From: an uncultured Spirochaetia bacterium
GTDB taxonomy: Bacteria > Spirochaetota > JAHITG01 > CAZBCL01
NCBI GenBank assembly: GCA_964490645.1
Contig: CAZBCL010000013.1
Span: 182-64,181 of the forward strand
DNA: 64,000 nucleotides
Direction of reading: 5' to 3'
Part shown: positions 1 to 10,276 of the stretch, in pieces
How the letters are laid out: the number at the start of each line of letters is the position of its first letter
How positions within the stretch are numbered: position 1 is the stretch's first letter
Program-made: the position numbers and the translations under genes
Notes under the pieces: generated by a model
Database searches by the model: none
What the model was told of the DNA's origin: nothing
What the model saw: only the letters and a program-made list of their open reading frames with translations

Positions 1-1747
1 GAGTAATATAAAAGCCGACTTCAGTTGGTGATGACGGGGTAGAAATATCAATTATCCGAAGGCCTCTGTTGCCATCTGCAATATATGCATATGCACCAGT
101 TACCCACACATCTTGTGCATTTCCCGAAGTATTATAAAAGCCGATTTCAGTTGGTGATGACGGGGTAGAAATATCAATTATCCGAAGGCCTCTGTTACCG
201 TCCGCAACATAGGCGTACCCATTGGTAACAACAACATCATAAGCAGTTCCTGATGTATCATAAAAACCAACTTCAGATGGTGATGACGGCGTCGATATAT
301 CAATTACCCTAAGTCCTTGAGTTCTATCTGCAACATAGGCATAATTTCCGCTGACATATACACCATAGGCTCTTCCCGGAGTATCATAAAAGCCGACTTC
401 AGATGGCGATGATGGTGTTGATATATCAATTACCCTAAGCCCCTCCACATAATCCGCAACATAGGCATAATTCCCGCTAATATGCACATCATAAGAATTT
501 CCCGGAGTATTATAAAAGCCGACTTCAGTTGGTGATGACGGCGTCGATATATCAATTATTCGAAGCCCTCTATTATCCTCAGCAAGATAGGCATAATTCC
601 CCCTGACATCTACTCCTCGTGCATTTCTCTGAGTATTATAATGACCAACTTCAGTTGGTGATAACGGTGTAGAAATATCAACTACCCGAAGCCCTTGGCT
701 GTCATCAGCAACATACGCATAATTCCCCTTGACATAAACATCTTGTGCAGATCCCGGGGTATCATAAAAACCGACTTCACTTGTTGATGACGGCGTCGAT
801 ATATCAATTATTCGAAGCCCGCTACTATCGTCTGCAACATAGGCATAATTTCCGCTGACATATACTCCATACGCACTTCCCGTGGTATCATAAAAACCGA
901 CTTCGCTTAGTGATGACGGCGTCGATATATCAATTATCCGGAGTCCCTCCATATAATCCGCAATATAGGCATATGTCCCGCTGACAAAAACATCCCGTGT
1001 ATATCCCGAAGTATCATAAAAACCAACTTCAGATGGCGATGACGGGTTTGAAACAGCTATCACCCGAAGTCCGCTTAGACCATTAGCAACATAGGCATAA
1101 TCCCCACTGACATATACTCCTATCGCATTCCCCGAAGTATCGTAAAAACCGACTTCAGTCGGCGATGACGGGTTTGAAATTGCTATCACTCGAAGTCCGA
1201 AAGAATTATCCGCGACATATGCATAATTGCTACTGACATATACCTTAGCTGCATAACCCGGTGTATCGTAAAAACCGACTTCACTCGGTGATGACGGGGT
1301 TGATATATCAATCACTCGAAGTCCGCGAGTCCAATCCGCGACATAGGCATAATTCCCGCTGATAAAAACACCCTGCGCATCTCCTGATGTATCATAAAAA
1401 CCAACTTCAGTTGGCGATGACGGAGTCGAAACATCAATCACTCGAAGTCCGCTGCCACCATCCGCAACATAGGCATAATTCCCGCTGACATAAACATCTC
1501 TGCAATATCCCGGTGTATCGTAATAAGCTACCTGAACAGGATTCGACGGAGCGGAAACATTAATAATCGACAAAAGCCCCCCTGCTGCAGCATAAGCATA
1601 GCCATTAGTAACGAAAACCTCCCTCGGCAGTCCGCCGGCAAGCTGCCCTATCTTTCGGACATGTGAGCCACTTTCGGCAAAAACACTGACGGTCATAACT
1701 GACACTGCCAGCAGCAGAATAAAAACAATACAGAAACACTTTTTCAT
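1..1747 (-). CDS. Secreted LVIVD-repeat (beta-propeller type) protein, N-terminal part; the gene continues past the window start. N-terminal signal peptide, then >=12 tandem ~40-aa units of the form (G)NYAYVAD...GLR(I/V)IDIS(T/N)PSSP(S/T)EVGFYDT(P/S)G.A.(D/G)V.(V/I)SG
   Basis: Minus-strand translation hand-derived (it is not in the ORF track because it runs off the edge). ATG is the complement of 1745-1747, preceded by GGAGGA (complement of 1751-1757). The signal peptide reads MKKCFCIVFILLLAVSVMTVSVFA. The repeat consensus GLR(I/V)ID(I/V)S matches the LVIVD repeat family. The 120-nt period is visible directly in the DNA. Confidence 0.7.
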   Translation of the reverse strand, partial: MKKCFCIVFILLLAVSVMTVSVFAESGSHVRKIGQLAGGLPREVFVTNGYAYAAAGGLLSIINVSAPSNPVQVAYYDTPGYCRDVYVSGNYAYVADGGSGLRVIDVSTPSSPTEVGFYDTSGDAQGVFISGNYAYVADWTRGLRVIDISTPSSPSEVGFYDTPGYAAKVYVSSNYAYVADNSFGLRVIAISNPSSPTEVGFYDTSGNAIGVYVSGDYAYVANGLSGLRVIAVSNPSSPSEVGFYDTSGYTRDVFVSGTYAYIADYMEGLRIIDISTPSSLSEVGFYDTTGSAYGVYVSGNYAYVADDSSGLRIIDISTPSSTSEVGFYDTPGSAQDVYVKGNYAYVADDSQGLRVVDISTPLSPTEVGHYNTQRNARGVDVRGNYAYLAEDNRGLRIIDISTPSSPTEVGFYNTPGNSYDVHISGNYAYVADYVEGLRVIDISTPSSPSEVGFYDTPGRAYGVYVSGNYAYVADRTQGLRVIDISTPSSPSEVGFYDTSGTAYDVVVTNGYAYVADGNRGLRIIDISTPSSPTEIGFYNTSGNAQDVWVTGAYAYIADGNRGLRIIDISTPSSPTEVGFYIT

Positions 1748-1874
1748 AATTTCCTCCATTACTTTTTAAAACTTTGAGTATAATAATTTTATAACAATTT
1801 TAAATATTTGTAAAGTTATTTATAAAATAATTATATTTACTAAATTATTTCATAATAATGTTTATACTGCTTAT

Positions 1875-3227
1875 TTATAGATTCACGAAACGTCGTGATT
1901 CAATATTCATAGCTATTCCTAATGCTGTCATTGACATTACTAATGATGTTCCGCCTCGTGAAATAAAGGGGAGCGGTATACCGGTTGCCGGCATCATTCC
2001 TAATGCCATACCGATATTAATTAAAAAATGAAAAAGAAACATCCCCAGTATACCGCTGACAATGAGCGCTCCAAACATATCTTTTGCATTATTAATAATA
2101 TATACAAGGCGTAAAAAAATAATTAAAAACAATACACAAACAATGAGTATGCCAAACCAGCCGAATTCTTCACCGATAACAGAAATGATAAAATCGGTTT
2201 CCTGCTCCGGCAAGAAACCAAGCTGACTTTGTGTTCCATGCATGTATCCTTGTCCGAAAAAACCGCCTGAACCGAATGCAATCATTGATTGAATGATATT
2301 ATAGGCTTCTCCACGTTGTAATTCGTCCGGTAATTTTTCAGGATTAACAGCAACGACGAGTCTCATTTGCTGATATGGCTGCAAAATAGTATCAAATACA
2401 GCAGCTAATAATGACGCAAATATGACAACAATAAAAACCCGCATGAAAATTTCATTTAAACGTATTTTTTTAATATTATGAATAACAATTGTTCCAATAA
2501 TAAGCACAGAAGCTATTAATGCCATCAGTAATAAATTGTTCGTTTTTGAGAAAAACACTGCCAACGGCGGTAATGCCGCGGGTGATACATGTGATGAATA
2601 GGTTACATATACCGGGATTGAAACCCCGATCAAGGCAATACTTACTACAGAAATAATCAGTGATATATCTGCATCATCAATAATGAGCATAAATATTATT
2701 ATCGGAATAAATACAAGAGCCGTGCCAAGATCGGGCTGCATTAATATCATTAAAAAGGGAACACCAACAATAATACCGGGAACAATTAGATCAAAAACGG
2801 TGTTGATTTCTTTTGCTCTGTTTTCTAAATAACGCGCCAGCATTATAATAACTGCGATTTTCATAAATTCAGAAAACTGAACACTATGCCCTCCAATTGC
2901 AAGCCATCCTTTAACGCCACGAATACGCTGACCAAAAACCAATGTAATTATGACAAGCAAACAGCCAAATCCGTAAATCCAGTATGCATATTTTCTAAAC
3001 TTGGTATAGTCAACAATCATAATAAGTACTAAACTTACTAATCCGAAAATTGCAGCAATGAACTGTGTAATATATACTCTATCTGATTCCTGTGTATAAA
3101 TATCGAAACCAGCACTATTTAAGGCAACGATACTAATAGTAACCAATAATAACATCGGCACTAATAATACCCAATCAAAAATTGAGGTCAGTTCTTTGCG
3201 AAGCACCGGTATCCTCCATTTGTTCAT
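1875..3227 (-). CDS. rodA: SEDS-family peptidoglycan glycosyltransferase RodA (FtsW/RodA family)
   Basis: 450-aa polytopic membrane protein in the FtsW/RodA family, directly downstream of mrdA in an mreBCD-mrdA-rodA cluster. An alternative start at a second Met 23 codons in would remove the 53-nt overlap with mrdA. Confidence 0.85.
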   Translation of the reverse strand: MNKWRIPVLRKELTSIFDWVLLVPMLLLVTISIVALNSAGFDIYTQESDRVYITQFIAAIFGLVSLVLIMIVDYTKFRKYAYWIYGFGCLLVIITLVFGQRIRGVKGWLAIGGHSVQFSEFMKIAVIIMLARYLENRAKEINTVFDLIVPGIIVGVPFLMILMQPDLGTALVFIPIIIFMLIIDDADISLIISVVSIALIGVSIPVYVTYSSHVSPAALPPLAVFFSKTNNLLLMALIASVLIIGTIVIHNIKKIRLNEIFMRVFIVVIFASLLAAVFDTILQPYQQMRLVVAVNPEKLPDELQRGEAYNIIQSMIAFGSGGFFGQGYMHGTQSQLGFLPEQETDFIISVIGEEFGWFGILIVCVLFLIIFLRLVYIINNAKDMFGALIVSGILGMFLFHFLINIGMALGMMPATGIPLPFISRGGTSLVMSMTALGIAMNIESRRFVNL

Positions 3228-5148
3228 TTCGCAGCGCGCGATACGTTTCTTGGGCAGTGATTACCCTATATCGAAAGTATTTTCGTAATGCAACCGGATC
3301 TGCATCCGGATCATTAATTGCATGTAAAACTGCCATGCCAAGTGGTGCCGCCATTTCACCCCCGCCCCCTCCATGTTCAATAAAGACCGTTATCGCTATT
3401 GTATTTTCATCAGCATTTTTACCTTCTTGATATGGATAATAACAAGTAAACCATGCATGCGGATCCCCTTTATATAACTGTGCTGTTCCTGTTTTTCCTG
3501 CAACAGCATAACCACTGCCGCGACCAACAACATGCGCTGTTCCTATCGTCAATACTTGCCGTAATCCCGTACGAATGATTTGGAGATTACGTTCTGTAAT
3601 CGGCACTTTTTTATATTTTTGCCCTTTATTGATATACATTAATTCATCGGTTGCTGAATTATATATTTTCTTAATAATAAAGGGGCGATATATTTCACCG
3701 CCATTCGCAACAGCACATATTAAATTATGCAGCTGCATTGGTGTGGTGAGCAGGAATCCTTGACCGATAGCCATATTTATTGTATCGCCGTCATACCATC
3801 CTTCTTTCCAAACTCTTCTTTTCCATTCTTCATCAGGCATAAATCCGCGGATTTCTCCCGGTAAATCAATACCCGTTCGGTCCGGCAATCCGTAATAATG
3901 TGAATACTGTACCAGTTTCCGATGTCCTAATTGATACCCGATATTAAAGAAATATACATTGCATGACCATGCAAGTGCTTTATACATATTCACATTATAA
4001 TGAATACCCCAACAATGAAAAACATGCGGATCATTTTCAAACTTAAAAAATCCGGGGCAGCGCAGTATTTTCGTCGGCGGCATAATTTCTTCCTGCAAAC
4101 CGGCTGTAGCGGTAATTATTTTATATATCGAACTTGGCGGATATCGGCTTTGAATAGCACGGTTTAAAAATGCATTATGTTCAACATCAATTTCATGAAG
4201 CCGTGAACGTTCACTGGTTGGTATATTCAAATCAAACCACGGATATGAAGCCATTGCCAGTATCTCTCCGGTTGCCGGTTTACTGACAATAATAGTACCG
4301 ACATCACCTTTACCATATGAATACGGTTTTAATACTTTTTCAACAATCTGTTGAATACGCAAGTCGATCGTTAAAACAAGTTTATTCCCCGGTATTGGCT
4401 GCTGAATATTTTTTTCCATTTTAACCCGTCGTCGAGCGTCTCGTACAACCAGTTTAACCCCTTTTTTTCCGCGTAATTGCTCATCGTATGACCCCTCAAC
4501 CCCTGATTTCCCTAACCAGTCAGATCGATCATATTGAGGATTATCACGCAGCATTTTATATTCACGCTTACTGATTCTTCCGACATACCCGATAACATGA
4601 CAGGCAGTTGATCGAAGCGGATAATATCGTGTCGGCACTTCCTGCCAATAAATACCGGGGAATTCATCAAGATGTTCAGTAAGTCGTGAGAGTTCGGTAA
4701 TTGACACGTTTTCTTTAAGAAGATAGGGTTTCCATCTATATTTTTTTGCAGATTCACTGCTCCAGTAATCCAATACCGTTTGTTCAGGATCGAGATTTAA
4801 TAATGGCGCAAGACGCCGGATAGTATCGGTTATCTTTTTTTCTTTCTGGTCTTGCTGAGTGATATAGACACAAATACTTGATTTATTCAGTGCAAGCGGC
4901 TGATATGTACCTTCCGGTTCTTCAGGTGTATAATGACGATCATAAATATGCCCCCGATATGCCGGTGTACGAATAATTTCTTCCCGATTATTACGTGCAC
5001 GGTCACGTAATTCTTCTCCTCGTATAATTTGAATGTAACCTGCACGAATAACTATTAATGAAATAACTATAATCACAATAATACGTATTGTTTTAATTCT
5101 TTGCTGGAAAAAATAATTTTGATTAGGACGTTCAGAAATTCGAGGCAT
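3175..5148 (-). CDS. mrdA: Penicillin-binding protein 2 (elongasome transpeptidase)
   Basis: 657 aa with an N-terminal TM anchor. Transpeptidase motifs are present: SIYK (SxxK), SCN (SxN) and KTGTA (KTG). Sits between mreD and rodA. Confidence 0.85.
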   Translation of the reverse strand: MPRISERPNQNYFFQQRIKTIRIIVIIVISLIVIRAGYIQIIRGEELRDRARNNREEIIRTPAYRGHIYDRHYTPEEPEGTYQPLALNKSSICVYITQQDQKEKKITDTIRRLAPLLNLDPEQTVLDYWSSESAKKYRWKPYLLKENVSITELSRLTEHLDEFPGIYWQEVPTRYYPLRSTACHVIGYVGRISKREYKMLRDNPQYDRSDWLGKSGVEGSYDEQLRGKKGVKLVVRDARRRVKMEKNIQQPIPGNKLVLTIDLRIQQIVEKVLKPYSYGKGDVGTIIVSKPATGEILAMASYPWFDLNIPTSERSRLHEIDVEHNAFLNRAIQSRYPPSSIYKIITATAGLQEEIMPPTKILRCPGFFKFENDPHVFHCWGIHYNVNMYKALAWSCNVYFFNIGYQLGHRKLVQYSHYYGLPDRTGIDLPGEIRGFMPDEEWKRRVWKEGWYDGDTINMAIGQGFLLTTPMQLHNLICAVANGGEIYRPFIIKKIYNSATDELMYINKGQKYKKVPITERNLQIIRTGLRQVLTIGTAHVVGRGSGYAVAGKTGTAQLYKGDPHAWFTCYYPYQEGKNADENTIAITVFIEHGGGGGEMAAPLGMAVLHAINDPDADPVALRKYFRYRVITAQETYRALRNEQMEDTGASQRTDLNF

Positions 5149-5149
5149 A

Positions 5150-5653
5150 TCAATCTATCTCTTTTCGCCGATCAATACGTTCCATAACATAATTTAAAAT
5201 AAAAAACACCGGCACGGCAATAACCGTATTATACAGTACTTCAGGTATGGTATAGTGAAGGATTTTCTGAAATAATGGGAATGGTTGATGAAAAATATAC
5301 TCAAGCACTAATACAATACTGCCATGCATTAATGAAACCAGCGCAACAATAATCATAATAGACCATATCGTTTCAGCAAATATTCGATTTTTCATCTCAC
5401 CAACGATAAACGCCGTTATTGTCTTTGCAAACATATGCACCCCTTGTATCACCCCCGATATTGCATCCATAAAAAAACCGCCGATAAAACCGATAATCAT
5501 CCCAACAAGTTCTTCTTTTCTCAGTGAAAAGAAAATAGTAATAATAAGAATCCAATCAGGGACAACCCCACTTTCAAGACGTAAAAAATCGCGCTGTTGC
5601 AGTATAACGGCTCCAACAATGAGCATGACATAGAGAATTACTTTAAAAATCAT
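5150..5653 (-). CDS. mreD: Rod shape-determining protein MreD
   Basis: 167-aa multi-TM protein immediately after mreC. The ATGA start/stop overlap is typical of mreC-mreD. Confidence 0.7.
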   Translation of the reverse strand: MIFKVILYVMLIVGAVILQQRDFLRLESGVVPDWILIITIFFSLRKEELVGMIIGFIGGFFMDAISGVIQGVHMFAKTITAFIVGEMKNRIFAETIWSIMIIVALVSLMHGSIVLVLEYIFHQPFPLFQKILHYTIPEVLYNTVIAVPVFFILNYVMERIDRRKEID

Positions 5654-6528
5654 CAGCGTACCTCTTCCATCAACTGATTGACTTCAGGAAGTACTTTGTA
5701 TTTTAAGACAAATACCGTATCCAATCGTGAAAAATCAATTGCAGGAATAACCTTAATACCGAGATGATAGGCACCATACAGTGTTTCCTGTGTATGTATA
5801 ACACTGCCAATAAGTAAATGAGGAGGGAATATACCGCCTTGTCCCGAAGTATATACATAATCACCAAATTGCACTGATGCATTACGATTTATATATTCAA
5901 GTTCAAGCAAATTATCTTTGTTGCCAAGACCTTTGATGATACCGGTATAATTATGATTAGTTAGTTTCGCCCCGATATAACTCCCTCGATCCATTAACGG
6001 CAAGACACGAGCGGCATTTGTTGTTACTGATATTACTTTACCGACAATGGCTTTTTTATTATCCTGAAAAGCAACAACCGGCATATTTTTTTGAACCCCA
6101 TCTTTTTTGCCAACATTAATAATAATAACACTGTAATAGTTTTCGGGATTCTTGCCAATTATCGTCGCATACACACTCTCATATTCTAATTCATTTTGTA
6201 ATCCTGCAATGAGCTCTTTTAATTCAAGTTGTGTTTGCAATTCGTTATATCGTGCTTCTATACGGCGTAACCGTTCATTTTCTAATAGTAACCGTTCATT
6301 TTCAGCTGTTAATTGATGCGTTCGTTCAACATCCAACCAGAACGACTGCCAAATTGATTGCCCCCATTCAGATACATTAAGAAACGGGGTAACCGTTGAA
6401 ACGACAGCATTTGAAAAAGATTCTTGAATACGCTGACTGTTTGAAATAAGTAATGTTAAAGCGCAAATAAGCAGAACGGCAAGTGTTAAGTATTTTCTAT
6501 TTTGATAGATAAACTCACCGAGAATCAT
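5653..6528 (-). CDS. mreC: Rod shape-determining protein MreC
   Basis: 291 aa: N-terminal TM, a coiled-coil segment (LENERLRRIEARYNELQTQLE) and a C-terminal beta domain. Positioned between mreB and mreD. Confidence 0.8.
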   Translation of the reverse strand: MILGEFIYQNRKYLTLAVLLICALTLLISNSQRIQESFSNAVVSTVTPFLNVSEWGQSIWQSFWLDVERTHQLTAENERLLLENERLRRIEARYNELQTQLELKELIAGLQNELEYESVYATIIGKNPENYYSVIIINVGKKDGVQKNMPVVAFQDNKKAIVGKVISVTTNAARVLPLMDRGSYIGAKLTNHNYTGIIKGLGNKDNLLELEYINRNASVQFGDYVYTSGQGGIFPPHLLIGSVIHTQETLYGAYHLGIKVIPAIDFSRLDTVFVLKYKVLPEVNQLMEEVR

Positions 6529-6534
6529 ATCGTA

Positions 6535-7566
6535 TTATGAAAACCGGCGTGCAGCAACCTGATACTTCAAATTATCAAGAAATTTGCCTGTTCCTAATGC
6601 TACACATACCAGAGGATTTTCTGCAATAATACACGGGACATTGGTAACTTTTGAAATAAGGCGATTAAGATTTCGTAAAAGTGCTCCACCCCCGCTTAAT
6701 ACAATACCTCTGTCACAAATATCTGCTGCAAGTTCAGGAGGAGTTTTATCAAGCACCCGTTTCATGGCTTCAATAATTTCATTGAGAGGCTGCATTAATG
6801 CTTTTCGTACTTCGGATGAATCAAGCATAATAGTACGTGGAAGACCTGTAGCCGCATCTCTACCCCGCACTTCCATTTTTAATCGTTTCTCTTTCCGATC
6901 AGGAAATGAATTGCCAATTTTAATTTTAATTTCTTCAGCAGTACCTTCACCGACAACCAGTGCAAATTTTCTTTTAAGATAATTTATAATTGCAGTATCA
7001 AATTTATCACCACCGACACGTATTGATTCTGACATAACCATATGACCAAGAGAAATGACGGCAATTTCACTTGTTCCGCCGCCGATATCAATAACCATAT
7101 GTCCAGCCGGTTCATGTATCGGTAAATTTGCCCCTAATGATGCAGCTAATGCTTCTTCAACTAAATATACTTCCCGTGCACCGGCTTGTTCAGCGGCCTC
7201 ACGTACAGCACGTTTTTCAACCTCCGTAATACCGGATGGGATACCGATAACAATGCGAGGTCGGACTAAGGTACGTTTATTATGCACTTTACGAATAAAA
7301 TACTTTATCATTTTCTCAACCGTATCATAATCACTGATAACGCCATCTTTCATAGGGCGAGCAGCAATTATTTCACCGGGAGTTTTACCAAGCATATTTT
7401 TTGCTTCCTGTCCGACTGCAATAGTACGACGGGTTGAAGCTTCCATGGCGACAACTGAGGGTTCACTCAGAACAATACCCTGACCGCGAACCTGTACTAA
7501 TGTATTTGATGTTCCAAGATCTATTCCAAGATCATTGGCGAATAATTTATGTACTTTTTCAAACAT
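6535..7566 (-). CDS. mreB: Actin-like rod shape-determining protein MreB
   Basis: 343 aa with actin/Hsp70-fold phosphate motifs (DLGTSNT, GGGTSE) and a typical MreB N-terminus. Confidence 0.9.
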   Translation of the reverse strand: MFEKVHKLFANDLGIDLGTSNTLVQVRGQGIVLSEPSVVAMEASTRRTIAVGQEAKNMLGKTPGEIIAARPMKDGVISDYDTVEKMIKYFIRKVHNKRTLVRPRIVIGIPSGITEVEKRAVREAAEQAGAREVYLVEEALAASLGANLPIHEPAGHMVIDIGGGTSEIAVISLGHMVMSESIRVGGDKFDTAIINYLKRKFALVVGEGTAEEIKIKIGNSFPDRKEKRLKMEVRGRDAATGLPRTIMLDSSEVRKALMQPLNEIIEAMKRVLDKTPPELAADICDRGIVLSGGGALLRNLNRLISKVTNVPCIIAENPLVCVALGTGKFLDNLKYQVAARRFS

Positions 7567-7581
7567 GCAGTATCCTTCCTT

Positions 7582-8604
7582 TTAACGATACCAACGATAT
7601 TTTTTCAATCTTTTTTTTGCCGGATAATAATTATCGTCTATTTCTAAACAGCGTTTCCATGCACTACACGCCATTTTCCAATTTTTTGCCATTTGATATG
7701 TCTTACCAAGCCAGTAATACGTATCTGCAGTATTCGGATTCAATGCAGCAGCATCAAGATAATAACGTTCAGCATTGGTATAATGACCTTTGCGAAACTG
7801 CAGCCAGCCTAATGCATACTTCGTTTTATAGAGTACGGCTCGTTCCTGCACGGTTAAATGTTCATTATCATGTATGCGTTCAACAACGATCTGAAACTCT
7901 TTTTCAGCAGTATCATATTCTTTTCGGTCTTTATAAATATACCCTCGCATCATATGCAATTGAGGAGTATCATATGTTTTTATCATGCGGTCAATCAGTT
8001 GTAAAGCCTCTTGTAAGTTTCCAAGATGATAGTATACAGAGGCTAACTGTTGCTGCAGCCAATGAGCAGGCAGTCCGTTTTTTTTACAGTCCGCTTGTGA
8101 AAAACCATTCTTCTGCGCGTATTCAAGATAGAATAATGCATCATGTAAATATGCATCCCCTTTTCGTGCATACGCAGCACCAAGATAAAAAGTAAACTCA
8201 ACCGGGATTTCGGATTGCTGTAATGCACTGCCTTTTCTGATATTTTCTATTGTTTTATTGACAAGATCTTTTTGTATATTTTCATCTCTTTCAAGCAATG
8301 ATTTTTTATACGCTGCTTCACCGCGCAACAGATATGCATTCGCATGCATTGGCTTTTGCTTAATAATTTTTATACAATCCTTCATAATATCGGCATATAA
8401 CGATGCACGCTGCTGTTCATCAATTTTTATATCCGCTCGCGTCATTTGTCCTTCCAATGACTCTAATCGATGAGAAGTATCTTTCATGCAACTAAGAGTG
8501 TCCTTCAAACCGAAAATGAGAAATAGAAGTAGCGCAATACTTCCGAAAAGAGTAATGATACGAATTGTTTTAATTTTATTTTTATAATGATGATAGTGTG
8601 CCAT
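7582..8604 (-). CDS. Membrane-anchored TPR-repeat protein
   Basis: 340 aa with an N-terminal TM helix followed by several TPR-like repeats (YLLRGEAAYKK, YYLGAAYARKGD, YYHLGNLQEAL, YYWLGKTYQMAKNW). Confidence 0.6.
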   Translation of the reverse strand: MAHYHHYKNKIKTIRIITLFGSIALLLFLIFGLKDTLSCMKDTSHRLESLEGQMTRADIKIDEQQRASLYADIMKDCIKIIKQKPMHANAYLLRGEAAYKKSLLERDENIQKDLVNKTIENIRKGSALQQSEIPVEFTFYLGAAYARKGDAYLHDALFYLEYAQKNGFSQADCKKNGLPAHWLQQQLASVYYHLGNLQEALQLIDRMIKTYDTPQLHMMRGYIYKDRKEYDTAEKEFQIVVERIHDNEHLTVQERAVLYKTKYALGWLQFRKGHYTNAERYYLDAAALNPNTADTYYWLGKTYQMAKNWKMACSAWKRCLEIDDNYYPAKKRLKKYRWYR

Positions 8605-8694
8605 TATTTTAATACTGCCATTTTATTTTCAATCAGCATAGTATAAAATTGTCATCTTCCTGTATAGTATAAAATCCTCTGCATCGACATTTTA

Positions 8695-9855
8695 TCAGTA
8701 ATGCTGTCCACCATCGGGATTATCCGCTGCTCCTCCTGAACCAACGGATAAACAATACATCCGTCCGTCATGAGTACCGAAATAAGTAAAACCGTCACTG
8801 TATATCGGTGAGGTTCGAATTGCTCCGTCACCGTGCTCTCCGGTATCAATAGAATAAGTAAATGCTTCTCCGTTGCTTCTCCGTATAACATACATTTTAC
8901 TGTTCTCACATCCGACTAGTACATAATCACCGATTGTACAAGGAGCCGTACACGGACTATCAGTATGTACATACCATAGTGTATTACCAAATGTTTTATC
9001 TATACAATATATCCCTTCCTCAGTACCACATATAATATACTCATCATATACCACCGGTGATCCGACAACCCCGGATCTGAGTTTCTTTTCCCATAACATA
9101 AACGATGTATCACGACGATAGCATTGAAATGTTCCTTTCACATCCCCGATATAATAATTATCGGCATCCAAACCAATAGTTGTCAGTATTGCTCCCTGCA
9201 TGTGCTGCTGCCATACTAACGTTCCATGTACGGTATCGATACAATATACTTTATTATCTGAACCTGAACCGATATACAGTAAACCATTATTCACAACGGG
9301 GCGCGTATATAACTGATCAAATGTCTGATATACCCAGTTTTCTTTACCATTATTCGGATTTAATGATACAATATCACCGCCAACACTTGCAATATATATC
9401 GACATACCATCATAACTGATGCCTCCGTACACAATACCGGACATGAGATAGGACCATTGCATATACCCATTTTTTAAGCATAGTATTTTACCACTCTCAC
9501 AACCGAAAATGACATTGCTTTTAATAACGATTGGTGAGCCGTAGGGGGCACTATCACACTGAAATGTCCATTCAAGTGTTCCGTCAAAAGCATTGCAGCA
9601 ATAAAAAAAGGAATCCATACTACCGAAATAAATACGCGCGGTTTGTATATCATTATCCATCACTACAACCGGCACACCAATTATAGTGTTTCCGGTTTGT
9701 CGTGACCAGACATGTGTTCCCGCCTCATAATACATTAGTGCCGATAGGACAGCAGGAATCAGACATAGTCCAAGACATATTATACTCGTCATTATACTGA
9801 TTTTTTTATACAGCCGCATAGACGTCCCTTCTGCTGACAGACATGAACAATACAA
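8695..9855 (-). CDS. PQQ-like beta-propeller repeat protein (BamB-like fold), secreted or lipoprotein
   Basis: Repeated motifs of the type G.LY.GS.D..VYC(I/L)D...G...W. The likely true start is the internal Met of MRLYKKISIM (about 9819), which gives a signal peptide. Confidence 0.5.
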   Translation of the reverse strand: MYCSCLSAEGTSMRLYKKISIMTSIICLGLCLIPAVLSALMYYEAGTHVWSRQTGNTIIGVPVVVMDNDIQTARIYFGSMDSFFYCCNAFDGTLEWTFQCDSAPYGSPIVIKSNVIFGCESGKILCLKNGYMQWSYLMSGIVYGGISYDGMSIYIASVGGDIVSLNPNNGKENWVYQTFDQLYTRPVVNNGLLYIGSGSDNKVYCIDTVHGTLVWQQHMQGAILTTIGLDADNYYIGDVKGTFQCYRRDTSFMLWEKKLRSGVVGSPVVYDEYIICGTEEGIYCIDKTFGNTLWYVHTDSPCTAPCTIGDYVLVGCENSKMYVIRRSNGEAFTYSIDTGEHGDGAIRTSPIYSDGFTYFGTHDGRMYCLSVGSGGAADNPDGGQHY

Positions 9856-9954
9856 TAGATATATATGTCTTTTGATATCCAGTAAACATCATATGTTTGA
9901 AATAAGTAATCCTCAGCTTTCGGTTTTATTCATGCATATACTCACAAATAAGTA

Positions 9955-9983
9955 TTGACAGTATGATAACTTTTCCTTACTAT
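9955..9983 (+). promoter_or_regulatory. Candidate sigma-70 promoter for rpmB: TTGACA (9955-9960), 17-nt spacer, TACTAT (9978-9983)
   Basis: Perfect -35 hexamer plus a 5/6 -10 hexamer about 38 nt upstream of the rpmB ATG. An AAGGA RBS lies at 10011-10015. Confidence 0.4.
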
Positions 9984-10020
9984 GCCGCATAACATAATGA
10001 ATCAGCAATAAGGAATAATT

Positions 10021-10245
10021 ATGGCACGTGTTTGTGAAATATGCGGTAAAAAAACTATTACCGGTAATAATGTTAGTCACTCTCATCTGAAAACCAGACG
10101 TCGTTGGATACCGAACCTTCAAAACGTCCGTGCGTTTGTTAACGGCAGTGTAAAAAAAATACGTGTTTGTACACGATGTATCAAAGCCGGTAAAGTAATC
10201 AAAGCACCACGCGGACTCGGTAAAAAACCAAGTTCCCTAGTATAA
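10021..10245 (+). CDS. rpmB: 50S ribosomal protein L28
   Basis: 74 aa reading [32 protein letters not shown], a typical L28 N-terminus. It is the only plus-strand gene in a long minus-strand run. Confidence 0.8.
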   Translation: MARVCEICGKKTITGNNVSHSHLKTRRRWIPNLQNVRAFVNGSVKKIRVCTRCIKAGKVIKAPRGLGKKPSSLV

Positions 10246-10276
10246 TAAATATCACACATTATTGGTAACTATTTTC

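Noticed and set aside
1881-1902. Strong hairpin GATTCACGA-aacg-TCGTGATTC that looks like a terminator downstream of the LVIVD gene
   Set aside because: It lies inside the last codons of rodA (encoding ...ESRRFVNL) on the minus strand. It is coding sequence, not an intergenic terminator.
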